Origin: Ignisphaera sp.
GTDB lineage: Archaea > Thermoproteota > Thermoprotei_A > Sulfolobales > Ignisphaeraceae
DNA length: 24,000 nucleotides
Direction of reading: 5' to 3'
Assembly: GCA_038889075.1 (NCBI GenBank)
Contig: JAWAHS010000001.1
Location: forward strand, 172,192 to 196,191
This document shows positions 8,802 to 15,524 of this stretch, piece by piece; position 1 is the first letter of the stretch; every line of letters starts with the position of its first letter. Made by a program: the position numbers and the translations under genes. The notes beneath the pieces were generated by a model. That model had not been told where the DNA came from. It saw only the letters and a program-made list of their open reading frames with translations, and searched no databases.

Positions 8802-9875
8802 TTACTTAGACACCCTTTGGCGCATCATCATAGTAGCAGCATATGCTGGAAATACAGCTGATATCTGTGGTTCTATAAGATTATCTATATCTACAATTAC
8901 TTTAAAGCCAGCTCTTTTTGCTGCTTCACTTGCTAGAAACTTTCCTACACCGGCTACAACTACCTTAAAAATCGATGGATCTATATTAAGGGAAGCTATA
9001 TAGCTTCTAATTTGCATTAAAGCACCAGACACCATATGTATCTGCATCTCGTAGATGTATCTAGCCATCTCCCTAATTTCAAACTCGTTCAATATCATCA
9101 TATCGCCACACACTACTCGAGCCAACCTCTCCATAGCCTCCTCTAAAGAGGTACCTCTGCCATCAGCCGTCTCTGTTGTATACTCGCTACTCGATATGTT
9201 TCTTAGTATGAGGTGGACATCGCCTACCAATGCGAATCTCTCATTGCATATTCTAGCGTAGAGTCCCTTTATGGGAACCCTATCAACAATGCCTACAACA
9301 TTACTTCTTAGAATGCCGGTATATACAAGCTCGCCAACGATAAGTTTCTCGGTATCTGTAAATCCTCTTACACAAGCTTTTCCGCTGATTATAGGAATTA
9401 GAGTAGTCGTTGTACTACCTATATCAACAAATATGCTATTTTCAATACCCCATCTATACGAGTATCTCTCCAAAAACCATGCAGAAGCAGCCCAGTTTGC
9501 TCCTGCAACTTTCAGATAGTTCTCAATAGCCTCATCACTAGATACTAGCTTCATATCACTAGAGACAAACTTTATATCGATCGCATCGCTAAATGCATCC
9601 ATAGATGATCTGACTATGTGTTCAACACCTTCTCTTTTAACTCTATAGACATCACTTAGTTCAGCTGTCATGCATATAGCTATATAGTACTGTTCACTAT
9701 CCGTAATAATACTTCTTCTAATCTCTCTAAGCTTTTCCTCTAAACCTTTTCTACCACGGATCCATATAGGGAAATATTCTCGCAGAACTGATAGCACCTT
9801 TACCTCATTATCGTATGCGTCTATTTTCACAGCCTTTATATTAGCACCTCCTATATCGAGACCAACAATAATCAA
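8802..9875 (-). CDS. Hydantoinase/oxoprolinase-A-like ASKHA protein of the 'H4MPT-linked C1 transfer pathway' group
   Basis: 357 aa. N-terminal IIVGLDIGGANIKAV (ASKHA phosphate-1 motif), and later VDIGSTTTTL (phosphate-2). TTG start at 9875 with AGGTG located 7 nt upstream. Its stop lies 2 nt before the kinase gene start. Confidence 0.6.
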   Translation of the reverse strand: MIIVGLDIGGANIKAVKIDAYDNEVKVLSVLREYFPIWIRGRKGLEEKLREIRRSIITDSEQYYIAICMTAELSDVYRVKREGVEHIVRSSMDAFSDAIDIKFVSSDMKLVSSDEAIENYLKVAGANWAASAWFLERYSYRWGIENSIFVDIGSTTTTLIPIISGKACVRGFTDTEKLIVGELVYTGILRSNVVGIVDRVPIKGLYARICNERFALVGDVHLILRNISSSEYTTETADGRGTSLEEAMERLARVVCGDMMILNEFEIREMARYIYEMQIHMVSGALMQIRSYIASLNIDPSIFKVVVAGVGKFLASEAAKRAGFKVIVDIDNLIEPQISAVFPAYAATMMMRQRVSK

Positions 9876-9910
9876 GGTGCAGCACCTACGGCTAATTAGG
9901 TGAGCAACGC

Positions 9911-9918
9911 TATATATT
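9911..9918. promoter_or_regulatory. Single central TATA-like element in the divergent 77-bp intergenic region (hydantoinase-like operon / HisA-like gene)
   Basis: GCTATATATTAGC (9908-9920) is nearly its own reverse complement. Its core is about 39 nt from both the TTG at 9875 (- strand) and the ATG at 9953 (+ strand). Confidence 0.35.
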
Positions 9919-9952
9919 AGCTATTGTAAACAGTCTCTAGGGCTGGCTATAT

Positions 9953-10639
9953 ATGATTGAAAAGGTTAAGGTTATACCTGTAGTGGATGTAATGAATGGT
10001 TTAGCAGTACATGCTATTGAGGGAAAGAGGGATATGTATAGACCTATAGAGGGTAGCATTATATCATCTTCTCCTGATCCCAGGGATGTCCTCCAGGGGC
10101 TGCATAGGTACGGATTTAGAGAAGTCTATATAGCTGATCTAGACGCTATTATGGGTAGGGGAGATAATACATGGGTTCTGGACTACGCTATTAGATTGGG
10201 ATTCAAAGTTATAGCGGATATTGGCAGAGGAGGTCTCGAAAAAACAGATTCAAACAGTATTAGATATGTTATAGGGACGGAATACATTTCGTACCCATAT
10301 GAGGTTAAAAAACTTAGCAATAGAATTGTAAGCCTGGACTGCCATAATTTAAATACAAAGTTTTCAGATAGATATGTCGAGGCTTCGCTAGCAGCAGAAC
10401 TACTTATGAGAATTGGTATAACTGAATTGATAGTTCTAGACCTTACACGCGTGGGATCTATGAGGGGTCCAAATCTCCAACTTATAAGTAGTGTTAGGGA
10501 AGTTTATAGAGGCACGATTTATGTAGGTGGCGGTATCAGGGGAAGGAGTGATATTGAGGAATTGAAGAGATTTGATGTGGATGGCGTTCTACTGGCTACA
10601 GCAATACACAAGGGAATAATACTCAATGTATATCTCTAA
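9953..10639 (+). CDS. HisA/HisF-family (beta/alpha)8-barrel protein, the paralogue associated with H4MPT biosynthesis
   Basis: 228 aa. VIPVVDVMNGLAV (strand-1 Asp), YIADLDAI, VGGGIRGRSDIEEL and DGVLLATAIH match the HisA/HisF phosphate-binding barrel pattern. Divergent from the cofactor operon. Confidence 0.6.
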   Translation: MIEKVKVIPVVDVMNGLAVHAIEGKRDMYRPIEGSIISSSPDPRDVLQGLHRYGFREVYIADLDAIMGRGDNTWVLDYAIRLGFKVIADIGRGGLEKTDSNSIRYVIGTEYISYPYEVKKLSNRIVSLDCHNLNTKFSDRYVEASLAAELLMRIGITELIVLDLTRVGSMRGPNLQLISSVREVYRGTIYVGGGIRGRSDIEELKRFDVDGVLLATAIHKGIILNVYL

Positions 10640-10690
10640 CTTCAGGATAGATTTTTAATTTATTTACTGTATATATTTTTGGTGGAAAAC

Positions 10691-10885
10691 GTGTGTGAAT
10701 CCATAGCCTATATAAGGGAGGGCAACTCTGAAAAACTCTATGCACGAGATATAGCTACGTTGGTAATTGAAGAGAATAAGATAGTACTCATAGATATTGC
10801 TGGCAATACATACACCTTAACAGATGCCGTATTAGAGTACGTAGACTTTGTTGGTCATAGAATCATTTTAAGAAAAACCGATTGA
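10691..10885 (+). CDS. cooT: CooT-family small nickel-binding protein (formerly 'predicted RNA-binding protein')
   Basis: From the GTG at 10691 the product starts M-C-E-S-I-A-Y-I and is 64 aa. This matches the CooT 'MCE.NAY...g.e..l..dv..l...g..i.l.di.G......a.i..vd...h.i.l' pattern. GGTGG (10681-10685) sits 5 nt upstream of this GTG. The track's TTG start at 10679 would bury the Cys. Confidence 0.6.
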   Translation: MCESIAYIREGNSEKLYARDIATLVIEENKIVLIDIAGNTYTLTDAVLEYVDFVGHRIILRKTD

Positions 10886-10948
10886 GATCAATGTAGAATT
10901 GAGGATGACTGTGTTGATATATTAAGAACTAATTAATTAGTATTGGAG

Positions 10949-10962
10949 AAAAAATTATTTTT
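10949..10962. terminator. A6-TT-A-T5 tract between the convergent cooT and MIP genes; candidate bidirectional oligo-T terminator
   Basis: AAAAAATTATTTTT at 10949-10962. It gives T6 on the minus strand 15 nt after the MIP stop, and T5 on the plus strand downstream of cooT. Archaeal termination commonly uses oligo-T tracts. Confidence 0.35.
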
Positions 10963-10968
10963 ACCTAT

Positions 10969-11685
10969 TTATTTTGCAGGTTTGAATATATACTCATAGA
11001 GAGTCGCTCCTATTATACCCCCTATTATAGGTCCTATTAGATATATCCATACCTTGGATAGAGGCAGTAGATCACCAGCAATAGCTGCAGCTATTGCCGG
11101 TCCAAGAGATCTTGCAAAATTCATGCTTGCACCTGTTAACGGTCCTCCAATCCATATATCGCAGGCTACTATCATCCCTATTGAAAACCCTGCCCAGCCT
11201 GTCGGTGCCCGTTTATCTACGGCTACACCCATTATTACAAATAGTAGCCATAATGTGAGGATGATCTCTATAACTACGGCTGCACCATCTCCTACTCCAG
11301 TACCTGGAAGTGTAGAACCAAAGCGAACAGCCTTACCTGCAACTGGGAAGAATCCGTAGAGGCAGAGACCTGCTATAATGGAACCTATAATCTGAGCAGC
11401 TATATAGGGTGCTACAAGTTTAGCAGGAAGTCTTCCAATAGCAGCAAGGGCGACTGTTACAGAAGGGTTTATATGTGTACCCGAGATGTGACCCAGGGTA
11501 TAGATCATTATCATTACAATAAAGCCGAATGTAGCACCTATACCAAATAGTGCAGCAGGGCCGCCACCAAGTATCGAGATTAGGGTTATAACTGATGCAG
11601 GTCCGAATAGTGTTAGAGCCCATGTGCCAAATATCTCTGCTATAAACATCTGTAGCAATGTAGGCTGGGTCTTTTGACTAGCCAA
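10969..11685 (-). CDS. MIP-family channel (aquaporin/aquaglyceroporin-like) with NPS and NFA in place of the two NPA motifs
   Basis: 238 aa, six hydrophobic spans. HISGTHINPSVTVALA and LTGASMNFARSLGPA are the two MIP hemipore signatures. TTG start at 11685; an alternative ATG at 11649 gives MFIAEIFGTW. Confidence 0.85.
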   Translation of the reverse strand: MASQKTQPTLLQMFIAEIFGTWALTLFGPASVITLISILGGGPAALFGIGATFGFIVMIMIYTLGHISGTHINPSVTVALAAIGRLPAKLVAPYIAAQIIGSIIAGLCLYGFFPVAGKAVRFGSTLPGTGVGDGAAVVIEIILTLWLLFVIMGVAVDKRAPTGWAGFSIGMIVACDIWIGGPLTGASMNFARSLGPAIAAAIAGDLLPLSKVWIYLIGPIIGGIIGATLYEYIFKPAK

Positions 11686-11823
11686 CCATTTTCACCCACA
11701 GTACTTAATCCGGTTATGGGGTATATAAGCTTTTCTCTATATATAGAAAGGGAATTCATGGCCTATGCAAGCTATTGTTGAAAAAGAATTTAAAAATACG
11801 GATTATTTTTATTTTGTTTTAAT

Positions 11824-13377
11824 CTAGGCAGCCTCTACTCCAGCCGTTAATGGCACTGTTTTAGCTATACCTATTCTATACCAGCACCACTTACATCTAC
11901 CACTTAGGAATGTCTGGCTAACGCCGCATGCCTTACATATTGGTGGTGGCGCTATTGGTTTTTCTGGATGTAGCGCTACAATATATGTATTGATTGTAGC
12001 AGTAACAGGTTCGCTTGTTAAGAGGCATGGGAAGTCCGCTAATCTCATAAGCGATGAAAATCTCACTGTTATTGCACAACCTGGATAGGTGTATCTCTGC
12101 GGAGCCATCAGGACAGCATTTCTCTTTATGGGTGATAGATCTATCTTAAGACCCTTTAGTACATAGCCATCTCTTCCAAATGGTGAAGGTCTGATTACGT
12201 CTGCGCCTCTCATGATGAGGTCTATGAAGTCAGCATTGTGTAGTTCTGCAGCAGGGCTTCTAGTTGGGTATTTCAGTACAAAGTTGTGGAATCTCTTTAC
12301 AAGTAGGTCAGCAACAGTTTCACCTGTGAAGCCATCCAATTCAAGTATAAATGTTGTTGCTCCAGCAAGGGTTCTACCTGCGGCTGTTAAGGCATCATAT
12401 TCGCTCTTTATAAGACCCTCCTTAACACCTTTAGTCAGAGTTACATCTAGGACATCTGTAACAGCCTCCATAATAGCCATAGTCATATCATCTTTAGCCA
12501 TGTTGTACATGCTCTGAGATATATGGTGACCCACATCGCCAACACCATATGCTGGTACGACAGTGAGATTAGCGGGGTGTACACCTGCATTAAGTGCCGC
12601 CTTTATATATGGTAGCATCCTATCCTTAAATTTGCTCATATATGTTGCAGGATCAAAGCTCCTATGGCCAACAGCCTTCATGACATCTATCTGCATTTTT
12701 ACAGGTTCTAGCCACATCTTCTTCAGAGCTTCGATCTCTTCCTTCACAGCCTCATCAAGGGATTTGCCAGCCTCAACTGCTGCTACAAATGTTGCTCCAA
12801 AGCCATAGCTTGTAGCCATACCCCAGCTCTTAGCAGCAAGTATTATCTCCTTGTGCTCCTTTGGAATATCAAGCTTCTCAAGAATGGCTGCATGTATTCC
12901 CGGCATTCCTCCAACAGCATAGGCAAAGTCAACCACACATGTAGGTCCATAGAACCCTGCATACTTCCTAACGAGTTCTCTACCTATGAATCCTTTATGC
13001 TCCTCTAAAGCTTTTGTAAACTTTTCAACCGATTCTTTAAATTTTGGATCAAGCTCATACAGAATCTCAAGAACTACAGGTGTCTGGTAGTGCTCAACGT
13101 AGGGATCGTCCTCAGGAACTATGGTTTTATCGACAGCAATTTCATTTAGAATATCGTAGTGTGCAACAACACTAGCTACAAACAGATCTATAACCTCCTT
13201 CTTCATAGGGCCAACAGCAGCCATTTTCTTTGTAGCTTCAACATACGGGGCTGCATCAGGTATGACGAATTTGCCTCCGCGCCTCTCTCTAATGACAGAA
13301 ATATCAGCTTTTTGAGCAGCAATAGCATCTTCAACAATTTTGGTTACTACTTCAGGTGGAAGACTTGAAGTACCCAA
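11824..13377 (-). CDS. Conserved-looking soluble protein of unknown function with a C-terminal CxxC-x12-CxxC zinc-ribbon-like motif. Possibly the archaeal DUF2193 family, but that is an unverified recollection.
   Basis: 517-aa uninterrupted ORF. TTG start at 13377 lies immediately after an in-frame TAA, with GGTGGT 5 nt upstream. The composition is balanced and protein-like. C-terminus reads PPPICKACGVSQTFLSGRCKWCWY. I could not assign any catalytic motif. Confidence 0.85.
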   Translation of the reverse strand: MGTSSLPPEVVTKIVEDAIAAQKADISVIRERRGGKFVIPDAAPYVEATKKMAAVGPMKKEVIDLFVASVVAHYDILNEIAVDKTIVPEDDPYVEHYQTPVVLEILYELDPKFKESVEKFTKALEEHKGFIGRELVRKYAGFYGPTCVVDFAYAVGGMPGIHAAILEKLDIPKEHKEIILAAKSWGMATSYGFGATFVAAVEAGKSLDEAVKEEIEALKKMWLEPVKMQIDVMKAVGHRSFDPATYMSKFKDRMLPYIKAALNAGVHPANLTVVPAYGVGDVGHHISQSMYNMAKDDMTMAIMEAVTDVLDVTLTKGVKEGLIKSEYDALTAAGRTLAGATTFILELDGFTGETVADLLVKRFHNFVLKYPTRSPAAELHNADFIDLIMRGADVIRPSPFGRDGYVLKGLKIDLSPIKRNAVLMAPQRYTYPGCAITVRFSSLMRLADFPCLLTSEPVTATINTYIVALHPEKPIAPPPICKACGVSQTFLSGRCKWCWYRIGIAKTVPLTAGVEAA

Positions 13378-13393
13378 TTATAACCACCACGTT

Positions 13394-13407
13394 CCTAACT
13401 GGTTAGG
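13394..13407. promoter_or_regulatory. Perfect 6-2-6 palindrome (CCTAAC TG GTTAGG) between the TATA box and start codon of the 517-aa gene; candidate operator
   Basis: Read directly at 13394-13407. It is positioned over the expected transcription start region, 5-18 nt downstream of the TATA element. Confidence 0.35.
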
Positions 13408-13411
13408 TAGT

Positions 13412-13419
13412 TATTTAAA
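13412..13419 (-). promoter_or_regulatory. TATA-box-like element for the 517-aa gene
   Basis: The minus strand reads TTTAAATA (complement of 13412-13419), 35-42 nt upstream of the TTG start at 13377. The SD GGTGGT lies between them. Confidence 0.4.
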
Positions 13420-14074
13420 GGTTTCTAAATATATTAGAATAGAATCGTTCGAATTTGAACTATTAATAATGTCAAGGTAATCACTGTTCTATGAATAGAT
13501 AGATTCTAAGTATAGAAGGTAAACATTATCATGCATAGCGGCAACAACAATAGCAATGGAATAATGTCTCTCTTACCGCTTACAGAGGTAGTTTGAGAGC
13601 CTATATTTAAGTTTTTATGCACCTTCAATGATAGAAGTACAATGGAGAAGAAATGTAACGTGTACATGGTAGAGGATCTTGAATTGTAAACATTATTGAA
13701 ATCCGGAAATAGTACATCTTTTTATAATAACGTATAGAGTACTTATTCTATTTGTTCTTGATGAACGTAATTAATGATATACTCTCTTCTGCTCTAATGA
13801 TCACTTGTTCTATAAGATCTTAGGCATAGTATTGACGAAATTTATACAGGCAATACTACCGATATTTTCGATGATGCAACAATTGTAATCTTACTACATT
13901 AATTCCAAATTTGATTCTGAACTGTTGATTATACTGGTTAGCTTATAGAGATGTAGTGGCTAGAAGCAGTTTCGACAGAGTTATCAAAATAGTATCTAAT
14001 TCCGTAACATATATAAAGATGGAGATAGCCTATCTCAACCAGATATCCGTGAACGTTTTGATCTCTATTGATAT

Positions 14075-14100
14075 TCTAAAATCTTCTATCTAAAATCTTC
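14075..14100. repeat. Tandem direct repeat: 12-nt unit TCTAAAATCTTC twice with a 2-nt spacer
   Basis: Read directly: TCTAAAATCTTC at 14075-14086, TA, then TCTAAAATCTTC at 14089-14100. It lies inside the long ORF-free region. Confidence 0.8.
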
Positions 14101-14378
14101 ATTAACTGCGCTTTCTTCCTCGAATGGTTCCTTACTATAATCAGAAACGGTTCAGCTGTGCAGATTCCTCGATGCGCTGTATTAGTGTGCTATTGCGTAG
14201 CGTAGAGCAGGCTTTTTATGGAGGTATGTAATGTTTTCGAGTTTACGAATTTAAGTACCTGAAGGAATTCACATAGAGAATTTGACCGAAACTCTACTAC
14301 AACTTTTCAACGGATTTTTAGTAAATGCTTCACACATTTCATATAACCAGTGATATTCATAACACAGTGTTCCATTAC

Positions 14379-15524
14379 CTAGCATTTGTTCCAACTATTT
14401 AGTTTATCTATGGATATCCTCAATTCCCTTCCTCTATATGTAAATGATGATTCGTCAAAAAATAGATGCTGTGTACCGGATTCCCTCTCCGATATGGTTA
14501 CGATTGCAATTCCGCTGGCCACGTCCCCTAGGTATATATGGGTATCAAAGTTTCTATTCGTCATTGCATTTACGATTATCTTACCCACCTCTGGATAGAG
14601 TCTTGCTATGGCTATAAATGGTGTTGTTAACCTTGGGTTAACCTCAACGACAATAGGTTTTCCATCCCACATAACTATGTCAAATCCTATGTAACCTTCT
14701 ATATCGTTATAGCATTGAATTAACTTTGTTAGAAACCTATGGACGTTTTTAACGATTTCACAATCTCTAACTGGAAGTATGTTTCCCCTATATCTAAATG
14801 CATTACCATCCAATTCTATAATTTGTTTGTTAACTGAATAGAACAATATTTTTCCATTGCTTATAATTGTTGAAATGCTTCCATGAATTCCTTCAATGTA
14901 TTGCTGGACGACAGCTCTACGAAGAGGATCGCACCGTAGAGCTCTTATAATATATCTCTCAGCATCGCTTGGGCTCCTCGCTATGTAGACACACTCTGAA
15001 CCTGCAAGCATACAGGGTTTAACAACAACTGGGTATTCTAGCGATTTCAAATCAATATTACTGACATCTCTAACCTCTACAGTTTCAGGTACAGCTATCC
15101 CACATCTTCTGAGGACCATCATGGAGTTATACTTATCTGAAAGTAGTTGAATCGAATTTGTACTAGGTCCCCATATCTTCCTACCTACAATTTCAGCTAA
15201 TCTCACTAACTCCATAGGTGGTGCAATCACAATAATTTTATTGTATTCTTCTGCAATTTTAGAAACATTTTCTTCAAAGTAGTTACAGTCAATATAGTGG
15301 GCAATATCAATGTCATCTCTATAGACATGGGCTAGCAAACGTGAAACAGCAATGCGTGTTTCAACATATTTGTTGAGGAGTTTAGCTAGAGTATAAGCCA
15401 TTGAGAAGCCCTCCGGAAGTAGGGCATCGTATTGGTTACGGCATTTGAATGTTGCTGTCACGTACTCTAGAACAAGTACCCTAAACTCTCTACCTCTAGG
15501 GTAATGCTCTATACTATGAGACAT
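14379..15524 (-). CDS. ATP-grasp ligase, MfnD-like (candidate tyramine--L-glutamate ligase of methanofuran biosynthesis)
   Basis: From the ATG at 15524: MSHSIEHYPRGREFRVLVLEYVTA... (the 'EY.tA' N-terminus of the COG1821-type ATP-grasp group). YPVVVKPCMLAGSECVYI, QQYIEGIHGSIS and IVVEVNPRLTTPF are ATP-grasp core motifs. The track's start at 15584 adds 20 non-conserved-looking residues. Substrate is inferred from context. Confidence 0.55.
   Translation of the reverse strand: MSHSIEHYPRGREFRVLVLEYVTATFKCRNQYDALLPEGFSMAYTLAKLLNKYVETRIAVSRLLAHVYRDDIDIAHYIDCNYFEENVSKIAEEYNKIIVIAPPMELVRLAEIVGRKIWGPSTNSIQLLSDKYNSMMVLRRCGIAVPETVEVRDVSNIDLKSLEYPVVVKPCMLAGSECVYIARSPSDAERYIIRALRCDPLRRAVVQQYIEGIHGSISTIISNGKILFYSVNKQIIELDGNAFRYRGNILPVRDCEIVKNVHRFLTKLIQCYNDIEGYIGFDIVMWDGKPIVVEVNPRLTTPFIAIARLYPEVGKIIVNAMTNRNFDTHIYLGDVASGIAIVTISERESGTQHLFFDESSFTYRGRELRISIDKLNSWNKC

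Noticed and set aside
5884-9519. Antisense ORFs within the cofactor operon: 5884-6255, 6812-6997, 7025-7315, 7446-7646, 8321-8554, 9055-9261, 9271-9519
   Set aside because: Each overlaps a longer minus-strand gene with clear family motifs. None has an SD or TATA context, and all look like shadow frames.
11054-13368. Antisense or alternative-frame ORFs in the MIP and 517-aa genes: 11054-11359, 11420-11623, 12212-12517, 12563-12808, 13159-13368
   Set aside because: They are embedded in longer ORFs with convincing protein-like sequence, and the alternative frames are Pro/Ser/Ala/Cys-rich artefacts.
11824-13377. Whether the 517-aa protein could be McrA or another known methanogenesis enzyme, given the surrounding mer/mtrH/cofactor genes
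   Set aside because: Its size is roughly comparable to McrA, but I could not find any of the McrA-type segments I remember (for example the GGVGFTQYATA-like and YPNYAMNVGHQ-like regions). McrA has no C-terminal CxxC ribbon, and no mcrB/G/C/D genes are adjacent.
13446-13456. tRNA-like T-loop string (CGTTCGAATTT)
   Set aside because: The flanking 5-mers (AATCG / TTGAA) are not complementary, so no T-stem forms. No acceptor or anticodon arms could be built, and the surrounding sequence is far too AT-rich for a thermophile tRNA.
13869-13919. Possible C/D-box sRNA: ATGATGC at ~13871-13877 with CTGA at 13916-13919, about 38 nt downstream. Also TTGATGA at ~13758-13764.
   Set aside because: The C box is imperfect, and no acceptable internal D'/C' boxes exist (CTTA and TTAATTC at the expected positions). 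No terminal complementary stem is present. The second candidate has no CTGA within range. These short motifs are expected by chance in AT-rich DNA.
13378-14378. A stable structured RNA (RNase P RNA, SRP RNA, riboswitch) hidden in the long ORF-free region
   Set aside because: In AT-rich thermophiles structural RNAs stand out as GC-rich islands. This stretch is instead among the most AT-rich in the window, and I saw no extended complementary stems. This rests on inspection only, not on a covariance-model scan.
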